Source: Candidatus Bathyarchaeia archaeon
GTDB lineage: Archaea > Thermoproteota > CALKCG01 > B24
DNA length: 64,000 nt
NCBI GenBank assembly: GCA_038870975.1
Contig: JAVZJD010000001.1
Location: 992,001-1,056,000, forward strand
Reading direction: 5' to 3'
Part shown: positions 30,647 through 40,467 of the stretch, one piece after another
Position numbering within the stretch: position 1 is the first letter of the stretch
How the letters are laid out: each line of letters opens with the position of its first letter
Notes under the pieces: model-generated
What the model saw: the letters and a program-made list of their open reading frames with translations, nothing else
What the model was told of the DNA's origin: nothing
The model's database searches: none
Made by a program: the position numbers and the translations under genes

Positions 30647-30727
30647 ATCTACCTACCTTCCATATTCCTTTATCTATGAGAGGATTTTACTTAATAAATG
30701 TATTTCGCTTGAATAGACGGATTGACA

Positions 30728-30786
30728 GGGCTCAGCCGGTCGATCCGTCATCAAGAGTCAGCCTTTTGATAGGGTCATCACAGCCC
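30728..30786 (-). ncRNA. Box C/D guide sRNA
   Basis: Minus strand reads GGGCT-GTGATGA-ccctatcaaaagg-CTGA-ctc-TTGATGA-cggatcgaccgg-CTGA-GCCC. All four boxes are present, with 12-13-nt guides and a terminal stem. Confidence 0.9.
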
Positions 30787-30844
30787 AAATAAATATTATG
30801 TAAATCAGTCAAATTAACTTTACAGCATCCTAAGCTTAAGAACA

Positions 30845-30910
30845 GGCTCAGAGTCTGCTCGCTAAATTCATCCACATATGTGTCGTTAGACAGTGTCGCT
30901 CATCATCACC
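30845..30910 (-). ncRNA. Probable second box C/D guide sRNA
   Basis: Minus strand reads GGTG-ATGATGA-gcgacactgt-CTAA...TGGATGA-atttagcgagcagact-CTGA-GCC. The D' box is degenerate. Confidence 0.65.
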
Positions 30911-31192
30911 ACTATTTTCAGTGTAGCCGCGCGCTTTAAAACCTTTACTATTCTACATACACTTAAAACATCCGTCTAGTTGAAGAGACCTTAAAAAAGT
31001 TTTCATCTTTTAAATTAAATTAACGATTTCATCATTTTTTCATTAAATAGTAGACTATCTTTCATTTCGAAAAGACAACGTCTATTTTTTAGAAGCGTTT
31101 CCAAGGCATTGAAGGCTGAATCTTAGTATATACCATATGGATATCTGAAACAAAAGCATATATCTCTCTTACAGAGTCTAACTCAGTATTAG

Positions 31193-33217
31193 GTGAGAAA
31201 AATGGGTAGCGAATACATGGAAGAATTGAAAATCACCGTACCAATGTTAACATTGGCGGTTGTTATAACAGCCATTCTAACAGCTCTTGGAAACTTATTC
31301 ATATTTTTCCTACCGTGGCCGTTTTCGTGTAACATGAACGCAGGGACTCAGATATCAACTCCGGGCTTTGAACTACTTGGTATGCCCTTCGTAGTGTCTT
31401 TAGTTATTGCTTTACTTATGCGCATACCATCTACCAGAAAATATTTGTCATCAGGGGCTCTCATACTTCTATACTCTACCGCTTTAGCAGCGTCAGCGTT
31501 TGCCAATACAAATTCACCGTGGAGGGAAATATATGCTCTGATGACGGCTCGTCTAGCCACCTCAGAATCAGTCATGGTCTACGTTCCTGAGTTCGTATCA
31601 CCACCAAGAGATGCGGCAGACGTACTTATTAGAGGCGCGGGAAGCATAACTGCAGTACCTTGGAATAAGTTCATACCAGCTATGACATGGTGGTTCTTCA
31701 TGTTCGCCTTCTTTGCAGGTGTGAGCGTAGGTTTAGCGAGCATCTTCCGACGCCAGTGGGTGGACATAGAAATGCTACCGTATCCTCAAATAGCAATTGC
31801 ACATAGCACAATCATAGGGTCGAGAGAAGTCGGTAATTCTAAATGGGCTGGAAGATTGGCATTCATTCTAGGTTTCATAATTGGACTTGCTCTAGAGCTT
31901 ATTAGAGCTGGTATATTATTCTTCCCATGGTTTCCAGACGTATACTCGATACGTACGAACACGTGTGGTGGTTCAGTTACACACTGGCTAACATTTCCAG
32001 GCACAACATGGCACTACGGTCTTACAAAGCTCACACCAGTGTATGTACTATTGCTACTTGCACCATTGCACTCGCTGTTCAGTATCGTGTTCTGGGGTAT
32101 AGTGTACGAGATAGCGAGTGCTGTTGCAGTTGCCCTAGGATACTACACGGGATATGTAGATATGGGCTTCTGTGGAAAAAGCTGGTGTGGAAGCAATACA
32201 CCGTTTGCAGAACCGCCGCTTGCATTCGGGTCTGTGATTGCTGGTGTCATGTTAGGTGCATTCATCATGACAATTTTCCATGAAAGACATCACATAATCA
32301 TGACGTTGAAGATGGCTTTAGGAATGGCTAAAGATCCTAAAGTCGAAGCTGAAGAGCCGATGTCCTACCGATCTGCATGGATGCTATTTATCGTATCCTT
32401 CATACTTCTAATCGCTTTATTCGCATCAACGGGTATGAGTGTCTGGGCGTCGTTCGTAATAACTCTCACTGGTGTCGTAGTCTGGTTTACAACCAGTCAA
32501 CTATGGGCAAGAGTAGGAGGTTCAAACGAGCCTGGATACAACTTCGGACCGTTTTTCGCAAAAATGCTCCTATGGCCTCCTACAGCATACTCACTGCCAG
32601 TTACCTCTGCGGATACGAGTTTAGCTCAATTCTTCATATATGAGCCAGTTTCACACTGCCCCAGCAATCCATGGTGTAGCACTTTCTACGCTGCAATAGG
32701 GCCCTATAAAATGGCTAAAATGATGAACATACATCCTAAAGGTGTATTCAGAATCACATTCACATCTATACTAGTCGCAATATTCGTAGCGTGTATAATG
32801 ATGATACTGCTTCCAGCCGTATATGGGAGAGGCGTGACTGGTTGTATTTGGCCGGGTAACATAGAATTTAGGATTAACGACATGTGGAATAGACCGTCAC
32901 CAAGACCTATTGCAGATATAGCACCTTGGGTAACCGGCGGCTTCGTTTTCATGGTGATTATGAGCTTTCTACATACAAGGTTTCTATGGATGCCGGACCC
33001 GCTGATGAGTATAATCGCTTGGGACTGGATTGGTGGGCTTCACGGAATATGGATGGCCTCTTTAGTAGTCCTCATAATAAAATGGCTAATACTTAGAATT
33101 GGAGGAAGCAAACTATATGAAGAGAAGGCTATACCATTTGCCGGTGGCTTCATGCTTGGAGCTGCATTGAATGCACTAATAGCTGGAATTGGAGCTTTCA
33201 TTGCATATCCACGTTAG
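31193..33217 (+). CDS. DUF6785/OPT-like polytopic membrane protein, putative transporter (paralogue 2)
   Basis: RRQWVDIEMLPYP, PWFPD, GYYTG, EPMSYR and LRIGGSKLYE shared with paralogues 1 and 3. Confidence 0.7.
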   Translation: MRKMGSEYMEELKITVPMLTLAVVITAILTALGNLFIFFLPWPFSCNMNAGTQISTPGFELLGMPFVVSLVIALLMRIPSTRKYLSSGALILLYSTALAASAFANTNSPWREIYALMTARLATSESVMVYVPEFVSPPRDAADVLIRGAGSITAVPWNKFIPAMTWWFFMFAFFAGVSVGLASIFRRQWVDIEMLPYPQIAIAHSTIIGSREVGNSKWAGRLAFILGFIIGLALELIRAGILFFPWFPDVYSIRTNTCGGSVTHWLTFPGTTWHYGLTKLTPVYVLLLLAPLHSLFSIVFWGIVYEIASAVAVALGYYTGYVDMGFCGKSWCGSNTPFAEPPLAFGSVIAGVMLGAFIMTIFHERHHIIMTLKMALGMAKDPKVEAEEPMSYRSAWMLFIVSFILLIALFASTGMSVWASFVITLTGVVVWFTTSQLWARVGGSNEPGYNFGPFFAKMLLWPPTAYSLPVTSADTSLAQFFIYEPVSHCPSNPWCSTFYAAIGPYKMAKMMNIHPKGVFRITFTSILVAIFVACIMMILLPAVYGRGVTGCIWPGNIEFRINDMWNRPSPRPIADIAPWVTGGFVFMVIMSFLHTRFLWMPDPLMSIIAWDWIGGLHGIWMASLVVLIIKWLILRIGGSKLYEEKAIPFAGGFMLGAALNALIAGIGAFIAYPR

Positions 33218-33307
33218 TCCCTATTTTTTCTCTTACGGTAGACCAAAATAGTTATAATTAGCTGCGTTCTGCAATTTCTAAAAGATTGTTCAGATAAAGG
33301 CTATGTC

Positions 33308-34198
33308 TTACTCTTCCCTTAATATGGGGCTTTTTCCATCAACAATATACGGCATTTTACGTGTTCTGAAAACGACTATCCTATCACTAAAATTCATCAG
33401 ATATGTGAGTAGTAGGTTCTTTCCAAGCCTCGTCAATGCGAATACTGGTATGGCTACTCCAAGTTGCATAAGAGCCTCAGGTCCAATCTTCTCACGTATT
33501 ATTCTAGATGCGCTTGCGCAAACTACATCTGCTCCAGCTAGAATCCTCTCCAAATCATCTTCCGTTGCACATGTATTGCATACTGAGAAAACGGCTATTT
33601 GTACATGGTTTTCTCTCTCAAATCTACGGATATGCTCTATCGATTTTGAGTTGAAATGAGCCACCGTTACAGCTATGCGTTTAAACCCCGATTCTACTGC
33701 TTTAACGACACCGTTAAATTGATCGATTTCAGCCGTCCCCTCGTTTAAAATGATCCCACCTCTACTTTTAATATGTTCAATTATCTCTTCGATGGGCGTA
33801 GTTCTCATTATTCCAGTAAGTCTAGCTCCAATTTCTTGAACTAACTGTGGATTGCCAGATATAACGGTTCCAGCCCCCTCACATACTGTGACAGCGCAGT
33901 CTAACAACCCCTCCTTCATACAAGTAGATATGATTTCTGAGCTTCCATATGGAACAACCATAGAGGGGTCGAAAACCCTGCCTTTGCAGCAGAAGCCGAA
34001 GCCTTCAATCTTCATCTTTACACAGTTTTTAACAACTTCTCTATCTACTTTTTTCACACCGTAGAAAGCTTCAAGCATAGGACAGTAGACTATTCTCGGT
34101 TCAGTCAAGACTTTTACGTCGCCATTTTTAATCAAAACTTTTGAACCGCAGCAGTAAAACTCATGCTCACCAACAGAGACCTTCAACACCATCCCCAC
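33308..34198 (-). CDS. DUF2099 ('methanogenesis marker 8') family protein
   Basis: EP...YCP, FG.C, V.YGSSE, DCAVTVCEGAGTV..P.LVQ.IG.R..G, IDQ..GV and CAS motifs. Confidence 0.78.
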   Translation of the reverse strand: MGMVLKVSVGEHEFYCCGSKVLIKNGDVKVLTEPRIVYCPMLEAFYGVKKVDREVVKNCVKMKIEGFGFCCKGRVFDPSMVVPYGSSEIISTCMKEGLLDCAVTVCEGAGTVISGNPQLVQEIGARLTGIMRTTPIEEIIEHIKSRGGIILNEGTAEIDQFNGVVKAVESGFKRIAVTVAHFNSKSIEHIRRFERENHVQIAVFSVCNTCATEDDLERILAGADVVCASASRIIREKIGPEALMQLGVAIPVFALTRLGKNLLLTYLMNFSDRIVVFRTRKMPYIVDGKSPILREE

Positions 34199-34226
34199 AC
34201 ATATACTCCTGTGGAGTTATGAGGGT

Positions 34227-35306
34227 TTAAAGCCACATAAATTCTTCCATAGCCTCTACCAATGCTTTTATGTTCTCTAGAGGCGTAGGCGGGTATATGC
34301 CGGCTATGAGCATGAGTCCCCCCTCTTTAAGGCTTAGTGTTTTGACGGCGTGACATACGTGCTTTTTCACGTCTTCTGCTGTACCAAATGGTACGACTAA
34401 CTGTCTATCGATATCTAGGTCTACACAGACCTCTCCCTTACAGAGTTTGGCTATCGTATCGACTCCGTTTACTATATCTTGAATGTTTAGAATGTCTACA
34501 CCCGATTCTATAAGTTGATCTACGACCTCAACAACATGCCCATCACTGTGTAGATATGCATGTACACCTGCTTCTCTAACTTGGCTGAAAATTTTGAAGT
34601 AGCTTGGGTATATGAATTCTCTGAAAACCCTAGGGCTTATGGGCATTCTATCCTGCATTCCAAGGTCATCTCCGAAAGAGATGACGTCTAAGTTTCTAAA
34701 CGCTAGAAGCCTTCTAACTAAAGCTAGGTTGTACTCGGTTAACATATCTATAAGCTCGTAAAGTTGAGTGGGCTTACGTATGAAGTCTTCCATGAGGTTT
34801 GTGAAACCCCTAAGATAGTAGAGTCTTTGGAAGAAGAAACCATGAGGCATACCTCCTATCAAAGGCTCATCTGCCTCCCTAGCCCTCTCTAAGCCTTCAT
34901 AAACCTGGTTCCACGGTACAAGACCACCCCCTTCAACTGGCAATCCATCTTCAGGATCGGGCAGTTGAAAGTTTCTAAGCAAGCTCCAATTATTAAGGGA
35001 ATGCTTAACAACTTGACCTTGCAATCCTTGAATCGGGAAAGCCCAAACGCATCCAAATGGGTCTGTAAACGTTCTATTAGACTTCAATATGCGAGGTTCA
35101 GAGCAGTATTCAATAGAGCCGCGTTTAAACCCACGGAAGATCAGCGGGTGAGCTGAAGCTAAATCCTCCAACTTCTCCCTATATACATTCCATACGGGCC
35201 AAGATATGCTTACTCTACACGGTATAAATTCGGGTCTTTTAAATTCTATTGCTCTTAGAAAGTTCTCTCTCCAAGATAGACTAGGTCTTCTAAGATAGTC
35301 CAACAT
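34227..35306 (-). CDS. Uroporphyrinogen decarboxylase/MtaA-fold protein (paralogue 3)
   Basis: TD.FGCVW, YLRGF.N, FGDDLG.Q, HSDG, DIDRQ..PFGT and P.TPLENI. Confidence 0.85.
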   Translation of the reverse strand: MLDYLRRPSLSWRENFLRAIEFKRPEFIPCRVSISWPVWNVYREKLEDLASAHPLIFRGFKRGSIEYCSEPRILKSNRTFTDPFGCVWAFPIQGLQGQVVKHSLNNWSLLRNFQLPDPEDGLPVEGGGLVPWNQVYEGLERAREADEPLIGGMPHGFFFQRLYYLRGFTNLMEDFIRKPTQLYELIDMLTEYNLALVRRLLAFRNLDVISFGDDLGMQDRMPISPRVFREFIYPSYFKIFSQVREAGVHAYLHSDGHVVEVVDQLIESGVDILNIQDIVNGVDTIAKLCKGEVCVDLDIDRQLVVPFGTAEDVKKHVCHAVKTLSLKEGGLMLIAGIYPPTPLENIKALVEAMEEFMWL

Positions 35307-35376
35307 CTCGTCCTCAACAACTTCTATTTTTAATAATTTTACCGTTACGGTGTATTAACAGGATTACTCATCTACC

Positions 35377-35934
35377 TTAGTAATGTTGCTCTATAATACT
35401 GTTTCTACTCGCCCCTTCTATATCACTCTCAGCCCTCCGACCAAGAATACATATGAGAGAAACGAGCATCAACAATATTCCACATTCTATAACTACCCCC
35501 TCCCTTCTCAAGCTTAAGTCTGGAAGAGAATTGAGATACCTAAATAGAGGTAGAAAGTCTAAAAAGTTGAAGAGATTATGGATGATCGGTCTACCCCAGA
35601 AAGAGGTTTGAAAGGAGAAGAAACTTGATGTATGTATGATAACCCAGTCTAAATCTGGAAGTATCGAGAAGCCCATTCCAACCTTATACTCCCCCCAGCA
35701 TTTAACAACAATTAAAACGCTTAGGAGAACCATCGCTAGATGGTAAATGATCCAGAATGGATCTTCAAAGAGCGGCGTAGGTGGATGGTAAGTAAACCTA
35801 GCTAATCTATCTAAGACACCGTGGGATATGAAAGCCAAAAAAGCTGTAAGAAAATATCGTAGAGAAATCGGTTCGACTTTCCTTAAAATCTTTTGAATAA
35901 GTACACCCATGACTAAGTGGGTGGGTCCCTGCAA
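35377..35934 (-). CDS. Membrane-bound metal-dependent hydrolase-like protein
   Basis: Hydrophobic. N-terminal TH, SH..LD and LPDLD...H putative metal ligands. Confidence 0.55.
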   Translation of the reverse strand: MQGPTHLVMGVLIQKILRKVEPISLRYFLTAFLAFISHGVLDRLARFTYHPPTPLFEDPFWIIYHLAMVLLSVLIVVKCWGEYKVGMGFSILPDLDWVIIHTSSFFSFQTSFWGRPIIHNLFNFLDFLPLFRYLNSLPDLSLRREGVVIECGILLMLVSLICILGRRAESDIEGASRNSIIEQHY

Positions 35935-35977
35935 CGTTTAAACACCTTTGTTGAAATCTCCTCAGATAGATTAAGGA

Positions 35978-37210
35978 TTAGTAGAGCAATATGAGCCATA
36001 GTGAGCCTTTGGCTGGTTTTATCGAATTTACTTTAATGAAAGGCCCCGGCGTATCTAATGCTACTTTACCGCAGCCTTCAGGTATTTCCAGACGTATAGT
36101 CACGTAGTCTTCAGGGTTTATTAGTGAAGCGGTTTCAAATACCTCTACTAAGACTCTACCATGGTCGGCTCCACTGTGGACCAGTAGAGCTTTTCTCGCA
36201 GACCCAGTCCAATACCATTTCCCCGGCAGCTCTCTCTGGGTTTGTACGAAGACTCTATCTTTAAGAACCCCATAATTTCTCGGGTTAAATATAGAATAGT
36301 CTACGTAAACCGCGTAAATCTCATGGATATATCCCTCTCTCCCGGTGTCTCTCCTAGTCGACCAAGTATCTCTGAAAGACGAGAACAGTATCTTGGGGTA
36401 TCCATCCGGCTCAGTCGTATAATGGGGATGTCCAATCTGCGTAAACACGTCATCCACCATGAGATTTGGCAAGACATCCCCCTCCAACAGGCCTACGACT
36501 GGTATTCCACCATCCGGGTTAAGACCCTTAACATCACTGAGGGGAGGTCCCATGAACATTTTTAAAACCCATTTCCCAAATTCATCAGACTCTGTTATTA
36601 CAGAGATTCGGGGCATTAAAATCAGGTCTAAAACGGCGTTTCCACTACCATGCCAAGCAGCTATTCCATAATCCTCTAATCTTATGTTCTCAAAATCATC
36701 TACATTCCTAATAGATAGGAGCTTTATCTTCTCCCCAGATGGAATTGCGGCTACAGCATCATGTAGATAGCCGTAGGCCCCCATGGGTTTGAATGGAACA
36801 CCATGGTCTCCTACACCTTCTAAAATCCGCTTAAAACTCAACCTATTCCAGTTAGAATCAAACCAGAATACGTATGCTTCACTATCCTGCGTAACAGTCA
36901 CTATAAATTCTTCTCTCACAGGGTTGTACAAGCCTCTAACAGCGTTCATCGTATAGGTTCCAGGGATGATTCCAGACGGTAGAATCTTCTTAACCCTATC
37001 AACGTCTACTGTTAAATCCTTCTCTATAGGTGCAACAGCCCCTTCGCGTTTTAAGCCGACTAGGTCTCTCCACCCAGTGAATAGAAGCCACCTTTCGCCA
37101 GTCGAACTGTTGAATACTATGTAAGGAGTTCCAACACCTCCGGAAAAGTCTGGGAAAACTCTCTTCAACTCTTGAGGTCTAAGTACGGGTACTATCCTTT
37201 TAAAATTCAC
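35978..37210 (-). CDS. Hypothetical protein, possibly beta-propeller glycosidase-like
   Basis: Beta-strand and aromatic rich (GTPYIVF...WLLFTGW, QIGHPHY...KILFSSF). Start set at in-frame GTG 37210 after GGAGGA. The fold is inferred only. Confidence 0.55.
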   Translation of the reverse strand: MNFKRIVPVLRPQELKRVFPDFSGGVGTPYIVFNSSTGERWLLFTGWRDLVGLKREGAVAPIEKDLTVDVDRVKKILPSGIIPGTYTMNAVRGLYNPVREEFIVTVTQDSEAYVFWFDSNWNRLSFKRILEGVGDHGVPFKPMGAYGYLHDAVAAIPSGEKIKLLSIRNVDDFENIRLEDYGIAAWHGSGNAVLDLILMPRISVITESDEFGKWVLKMFMGPPLSDVKGLNPDGGIPVVGLLEGDVLPNLMVDDVFTQIGHPHYTTEPDGYPKILFSSFRDTWSTRRDTGREGYIHEIYAVYVDYSIFNPRNYGVLKDRVFVQTQRELPGKWYWTGSARKALLVHSGADHGRVLVEVFETASLINPEDYVTIRLEIPEGCGKVALDTPGPFIKVNSIKPAKGSLWLILLY

Positions 37211-37377
37211 CGTCAATCCTCCTCCATTACTCGGTAAGACATGTAGAAATTTAAAAGCTTTCAAACCGTTAACACACTATAGGCGTTCTTCTGAAGAATC
37301 GTTCGTTATAAGGAAACGATTTTAAATCCTCAGCTCTACATGGAAAAACTTTAATAGTATTTTTTCTTGATGGAAGA

Positions 37378-38250
37378 TTGAGGAAGATGTATTTACAAAA
37401 CAAGTTTTACAAAATGTCTACTGTTTTAATGTTTATAGCACTTCTATCGTTAATCCATATATGTGAAGCGGAGGAATCTAAGAACATTTACATATACTAT
37501 GATTCATCATACCGTAATTCATGGCTCTCAATTACAGATTCAGATACAATCGTTAAATTCGTGCCAGAAACTCTAGCAAAGTACGGTATATCATGTGAAA
37601 CCGTAGATGCTAAACGGCTCGCCGAAATCGTTTCACATCTTGAAGACGCGCCCAATACAATCATATTAATGTCCATGGATGTAGCCCCAGATACAATTTG
37701 GACTGGTGCACCGGATTCCCCAATACAATTATGGATTGAAGCAGGTGGAACACTCATATGGACTGGCGATTGGGAGTTCTACTACGTCGGGTTTTCCAAT
37801 TATACTAATGTACACCAGCCCTACATTGAAAATATCGTCTTCGGTATGATAACTGTTACAGCGTTTGCTGATAATACGGAGGTGAAACCCACGGAGCTCG
37901 GACGTAAAATCATGCCGAGTTTTGAAAGCTATAGAACAGATAGACCTACTTATGCTTCAATTGCTGAAACCTTTGACTGTGAAATCTATGGACTATCAGA
38001 TGACGGACTCTACGCAGAACCAGTTCTAATAAAAGTCGGTAAGGGAGCTATCGTCAAGATCTGTATGACCGGTGGAGATGTCGATTCTAATACACGGGCT
38101 ATTTTAATATGCGAATTCATCCTAAACAGAGTATTTAACATGGGAGGGGTTAAAATCGAGAGACCATTCCCAGTAATTCCCATAGCTATAGGGGTAGTAA
38201 TAGCTGTGGCTACCGTCGCATTAATAGTACACTTTATTAGGAGACGATAA
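37378..38250 (+). CDS. Secreted, C-terminally membrane-anchored hypothetical protein
   Basis: Signal-peptide-like N-terminus, acidic body (W..AGG.LIW.G, class-I GATase-like appearance), and a C-terminal TM helix ending in RRR. Confidence 0.7.
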   Translation: MRKMYLQNKFYKMSTVLMFIALLSLIHICEAEESKNIYIYYDSSYRNSWLSITDSDTIVKFVPETLAKYGISCETVDAKRLAEIVSHLEDAPNTIILMSMDVAPDTIWTGAPDSPIQLWIEAGGTLIWTGDWEFYYVGFSNYTNVHQPYIENIVFGMITVTAFADNTEVKPTELGRKIMPSFESYRTDRPTYASIAETFDCEIYGLSDDGLYAEPVLIKVGKGAIVKICMTGGDVDSNTRAILICEFILNRVFNMGGVKIERPFPVIPIAIGVVIAVATVALIVHFIRRR

Positions 38251-38252
38251 GC

Positions 38253-39536
38253 TTACCTATCCTCCTCGTATACTTTAAAGCCCATCAGCTTAGCTAGACT
38301 TCTAAGTTCATTCAGCCAATTTCCGTAGAATGTTACTCTATGCCATCCCCACCTCCAGTTTTCAAGTATACGGTCAGCTTTAACTTCTACGGCTAGTTTT
38401 GTTCTACAGGCTCTCTCATCGTCAATATTAGCCACGGCTTTACCAGTATGAATAGTCATAGCTTTCTCAAATGGGTTTACTTGAATCGTTGTTACGTATT
38501 CTTCTAGAGGCATTAGAGACTGTATAGACGCTCCACTTCTATCTTCGGCGTGAGACCTTATGATGTAAGGGTTTACTGGTCCGTTTAGACCGTAGACCAT
38601 GCTCGGAGCTACGCAGTGAGCATATACAATCCACTTCTTAGATAAGTCGAAAACTGGGTCTGATATGAAGCTTGGCTCTCCGGTTAAATATTTAATTATG
38701 AGCATTGCCAGCGTAGAGTTTAAATCCGCCTCGCATGCACCGATTAATCCTTCGTTGTTTAACTGGAAAAACCCTAAACATGGGTAAGCCTCTAGCCTGT
38801 TTGAGTATACTAAAGTTAAGCAGTCTACTGCTATGGCGATGGCTCCCTCCTCCTTTAGAAGTCTTTTCATTGCCAAGTACATTCTAGCCGCTTTAACGAT
38901 TTCTCCTCTACTAGGCTCCATTACTCTCAAGGCCTCACGTATCCACTTCTCAGCCCACTTTTCCGCCTCCCCTATATCAGTTTCGCGATAGTACTGGTTA
39001 AGCTTCTCTGAAGATTCCTTTAAAACTTCAACACCTAAACTACTTTTGATAGCTTCAGAGGTCTTTCCTACATCTCTATCTGTTACAACGATTATCCTTG
39101 ATTTTTTGAGTAATGCTACGACTCTGATCAACTTTAGAGCTTTAACTACATCTTCAAAGTCGGATGATGCTACGGCTAATACAGGTAGTTCCTTATCCTT
39201 AGCCCAGGTGTATGTTGAAATCAGTTCGCCGCTTCCACCATATAAATCGTCTACTAATATCGTAGGTTTACCTGCACCTGCTATAGCATATCCGGCTCCA
39301 ACCCATATGCCAAGCATGTAGACGACGTAACCGTCAACATCGCTTACTTCCTTAATTATCCTCTCTCCATCTTTCGAGCTCATAGCGGTTTTAAAATTGA
39401 CGTCAAAATCTGGTATCTTCTTCTTAAGAAGATCCATAATCTCTTTCTTCCGAGCCTCATAATCATAGCCTTTATAAGGCCAAGTAGGGGCGTCTGAAGA
39501 CGGGTGGGAGAAAACCACGCAAATCCTACAACTCAT
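38253..39536 (-). CDS. L-fucose/L-arabinose isomerase-like protein
   Basis: AVDCL, YPCLG...LN, ACEAD, F..DP, AHC, CRTKL and GWHRV.FYG. Confidence 0.72.
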   Translation of the reverse strand: MSCRICVVFSHPSSDAPTWPYKGYDYEARKKEIMDLLKKKIPDFDVNFKTAMSSKDGERIIKEVSDVDGYVVYMLGIWVGAGYAIAGAGKPTILVDDLYGGSGELISTYTWAKDKELPVLAVASSDFEDVVKALKLIRVVALLKKSRIIVVTDRDVGKTSEAIKSSLGVEVLKESSEKLNQYYRETDIGEAEKWAEKWIREALRVMEPSRGEIVKAARMYLAMKRLLKEEGAIAIAVDCLTLVYSNRLEAYPCLGFFQLNNEGLIGACEADLNSTLAMLIIKYLTGEPSFISDPVFDLSKKWIVYAHCVAPSMVYGLNGPVNPYIIRSHAEDRSGASIQSLMPLEEYVTTIQVNPFEKAMTIHTGKAVANIDDERACRTKLAVEVKADRILENWRWGWHRVTFYGNWLNELRSLAKLMGFKVYEEDR

Positions 39537-39680
39537 ATAGCTATATCAAATTGTAATAGGATAAAAGACTTTCCAACGTAAAATCTTCTTAAAATTTCTC
39601 AATCTCCGGCTGATTTAAATATACCATGTACTAGGTTAATTTTTTAAGCAGTTTAAGCTAGAATTCCAGAGGGGGTGTAA

Positions 39681-40442
39681 ATGATAAAAATCGGTTGTGC
39701 TGCCTACTCTTACAGAGATTATCTTAAAGATGGAAGAATGAGTTATGAAGATTTTATAGAAGAAGCTTACCGTATGGGACTGGATGGTGTGGAGTTGACT
39801 CTATACTGGCTTCCATCTAAAGACCCATCATACCTTAGAAAGCTTAAGAGGTTGGCGTTTTCACGTGGGCTACCAATATCTTGTGCTGGAATCTCTACGA
39901 ACTTCTGTACTCCAGATAGTTCTGAGAGAGACCGTATGATTAGAGCCGTAGAGGAAGGATTGAATATTGCTCGCGAATTGGGGGCATCAGCCCTTAGAGT
40001 TTTCGGAGGTTATACGCCTAGAGGATATACAGAGGCTGAAGCGACTAACTGGACAATAGAAGCGCTCAAGACTTGTGTAAGCTATGCTGAGGAAAAAGGC
40101 GTTGTAATAGCCTTAGAAAATCATGGGGGGATTACGGCTAGAGCAGATAATGTTGTAAGAATTGTGAAGGGTGTAGACTCACCGTGGCTTGGTGTGAACT
40201 TAGACTTGGGCAACTACACTGAGTCTACGTATGAGGATATTGCTAAAACAATTCCATATACTGTCCACATTCATGGGAAAATAAGTACAGCCAAGGGGGT
40301 TTCAGTCGACTATGAGAGAGTAAAGGGAATGCTTGTAAAAGGAGGCTACAATGGCTTCATCTCCATTGAGTATGAAGAAGAGGAGGACCCTAAGACAGCC
40401 ATACCGAAGTTTGCAAAATACCTGCTTAACCTCTTTAAATGA
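39681..40442 (+). CDS. Sugar phosphate isomerase/epimerase (xylose isomerase-like TIM barrel, IolE/AP_endonuc_2 family)
   Basis: G.DGVEL, LENHG, NLDLGN, H.H.K and GY.G.ISIEYE metal motifs. Confidence 0.88.
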   Translation: MIKIGCAAYSYRDYLKDGRMSYEDFIEEAYRMGLDGVELTLYWLPSKDPSYLRKLKRLAFSRGLPISCAGISTNFCTPDSSERDRMIRAVEEGLNIARELGASALRVFGGYTPRGYTEAEATNWTIEALKTCVSYAEEKGVVIALENHGGITARADNVVRIVKGVDSPWLGVNLDLGNYTESTYEDIAKTIPYTVHIHGKISTAKGVSVDYERVKGMLVKGGYNGFISIEYEEEEDPKTAIPKFAKYLLNLFK

Positions 40443-40467
40443 AGATTAAGGGTGAGGTGGCTTAAGT

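Noticed and set aside
33308-34198. Evidence of methanogenesis from DUF2099, MttB and MtaA-like genes
   Set aside because: No mcr, mtr or pyl genes are in the window, and these families also occur in non-methanogens.
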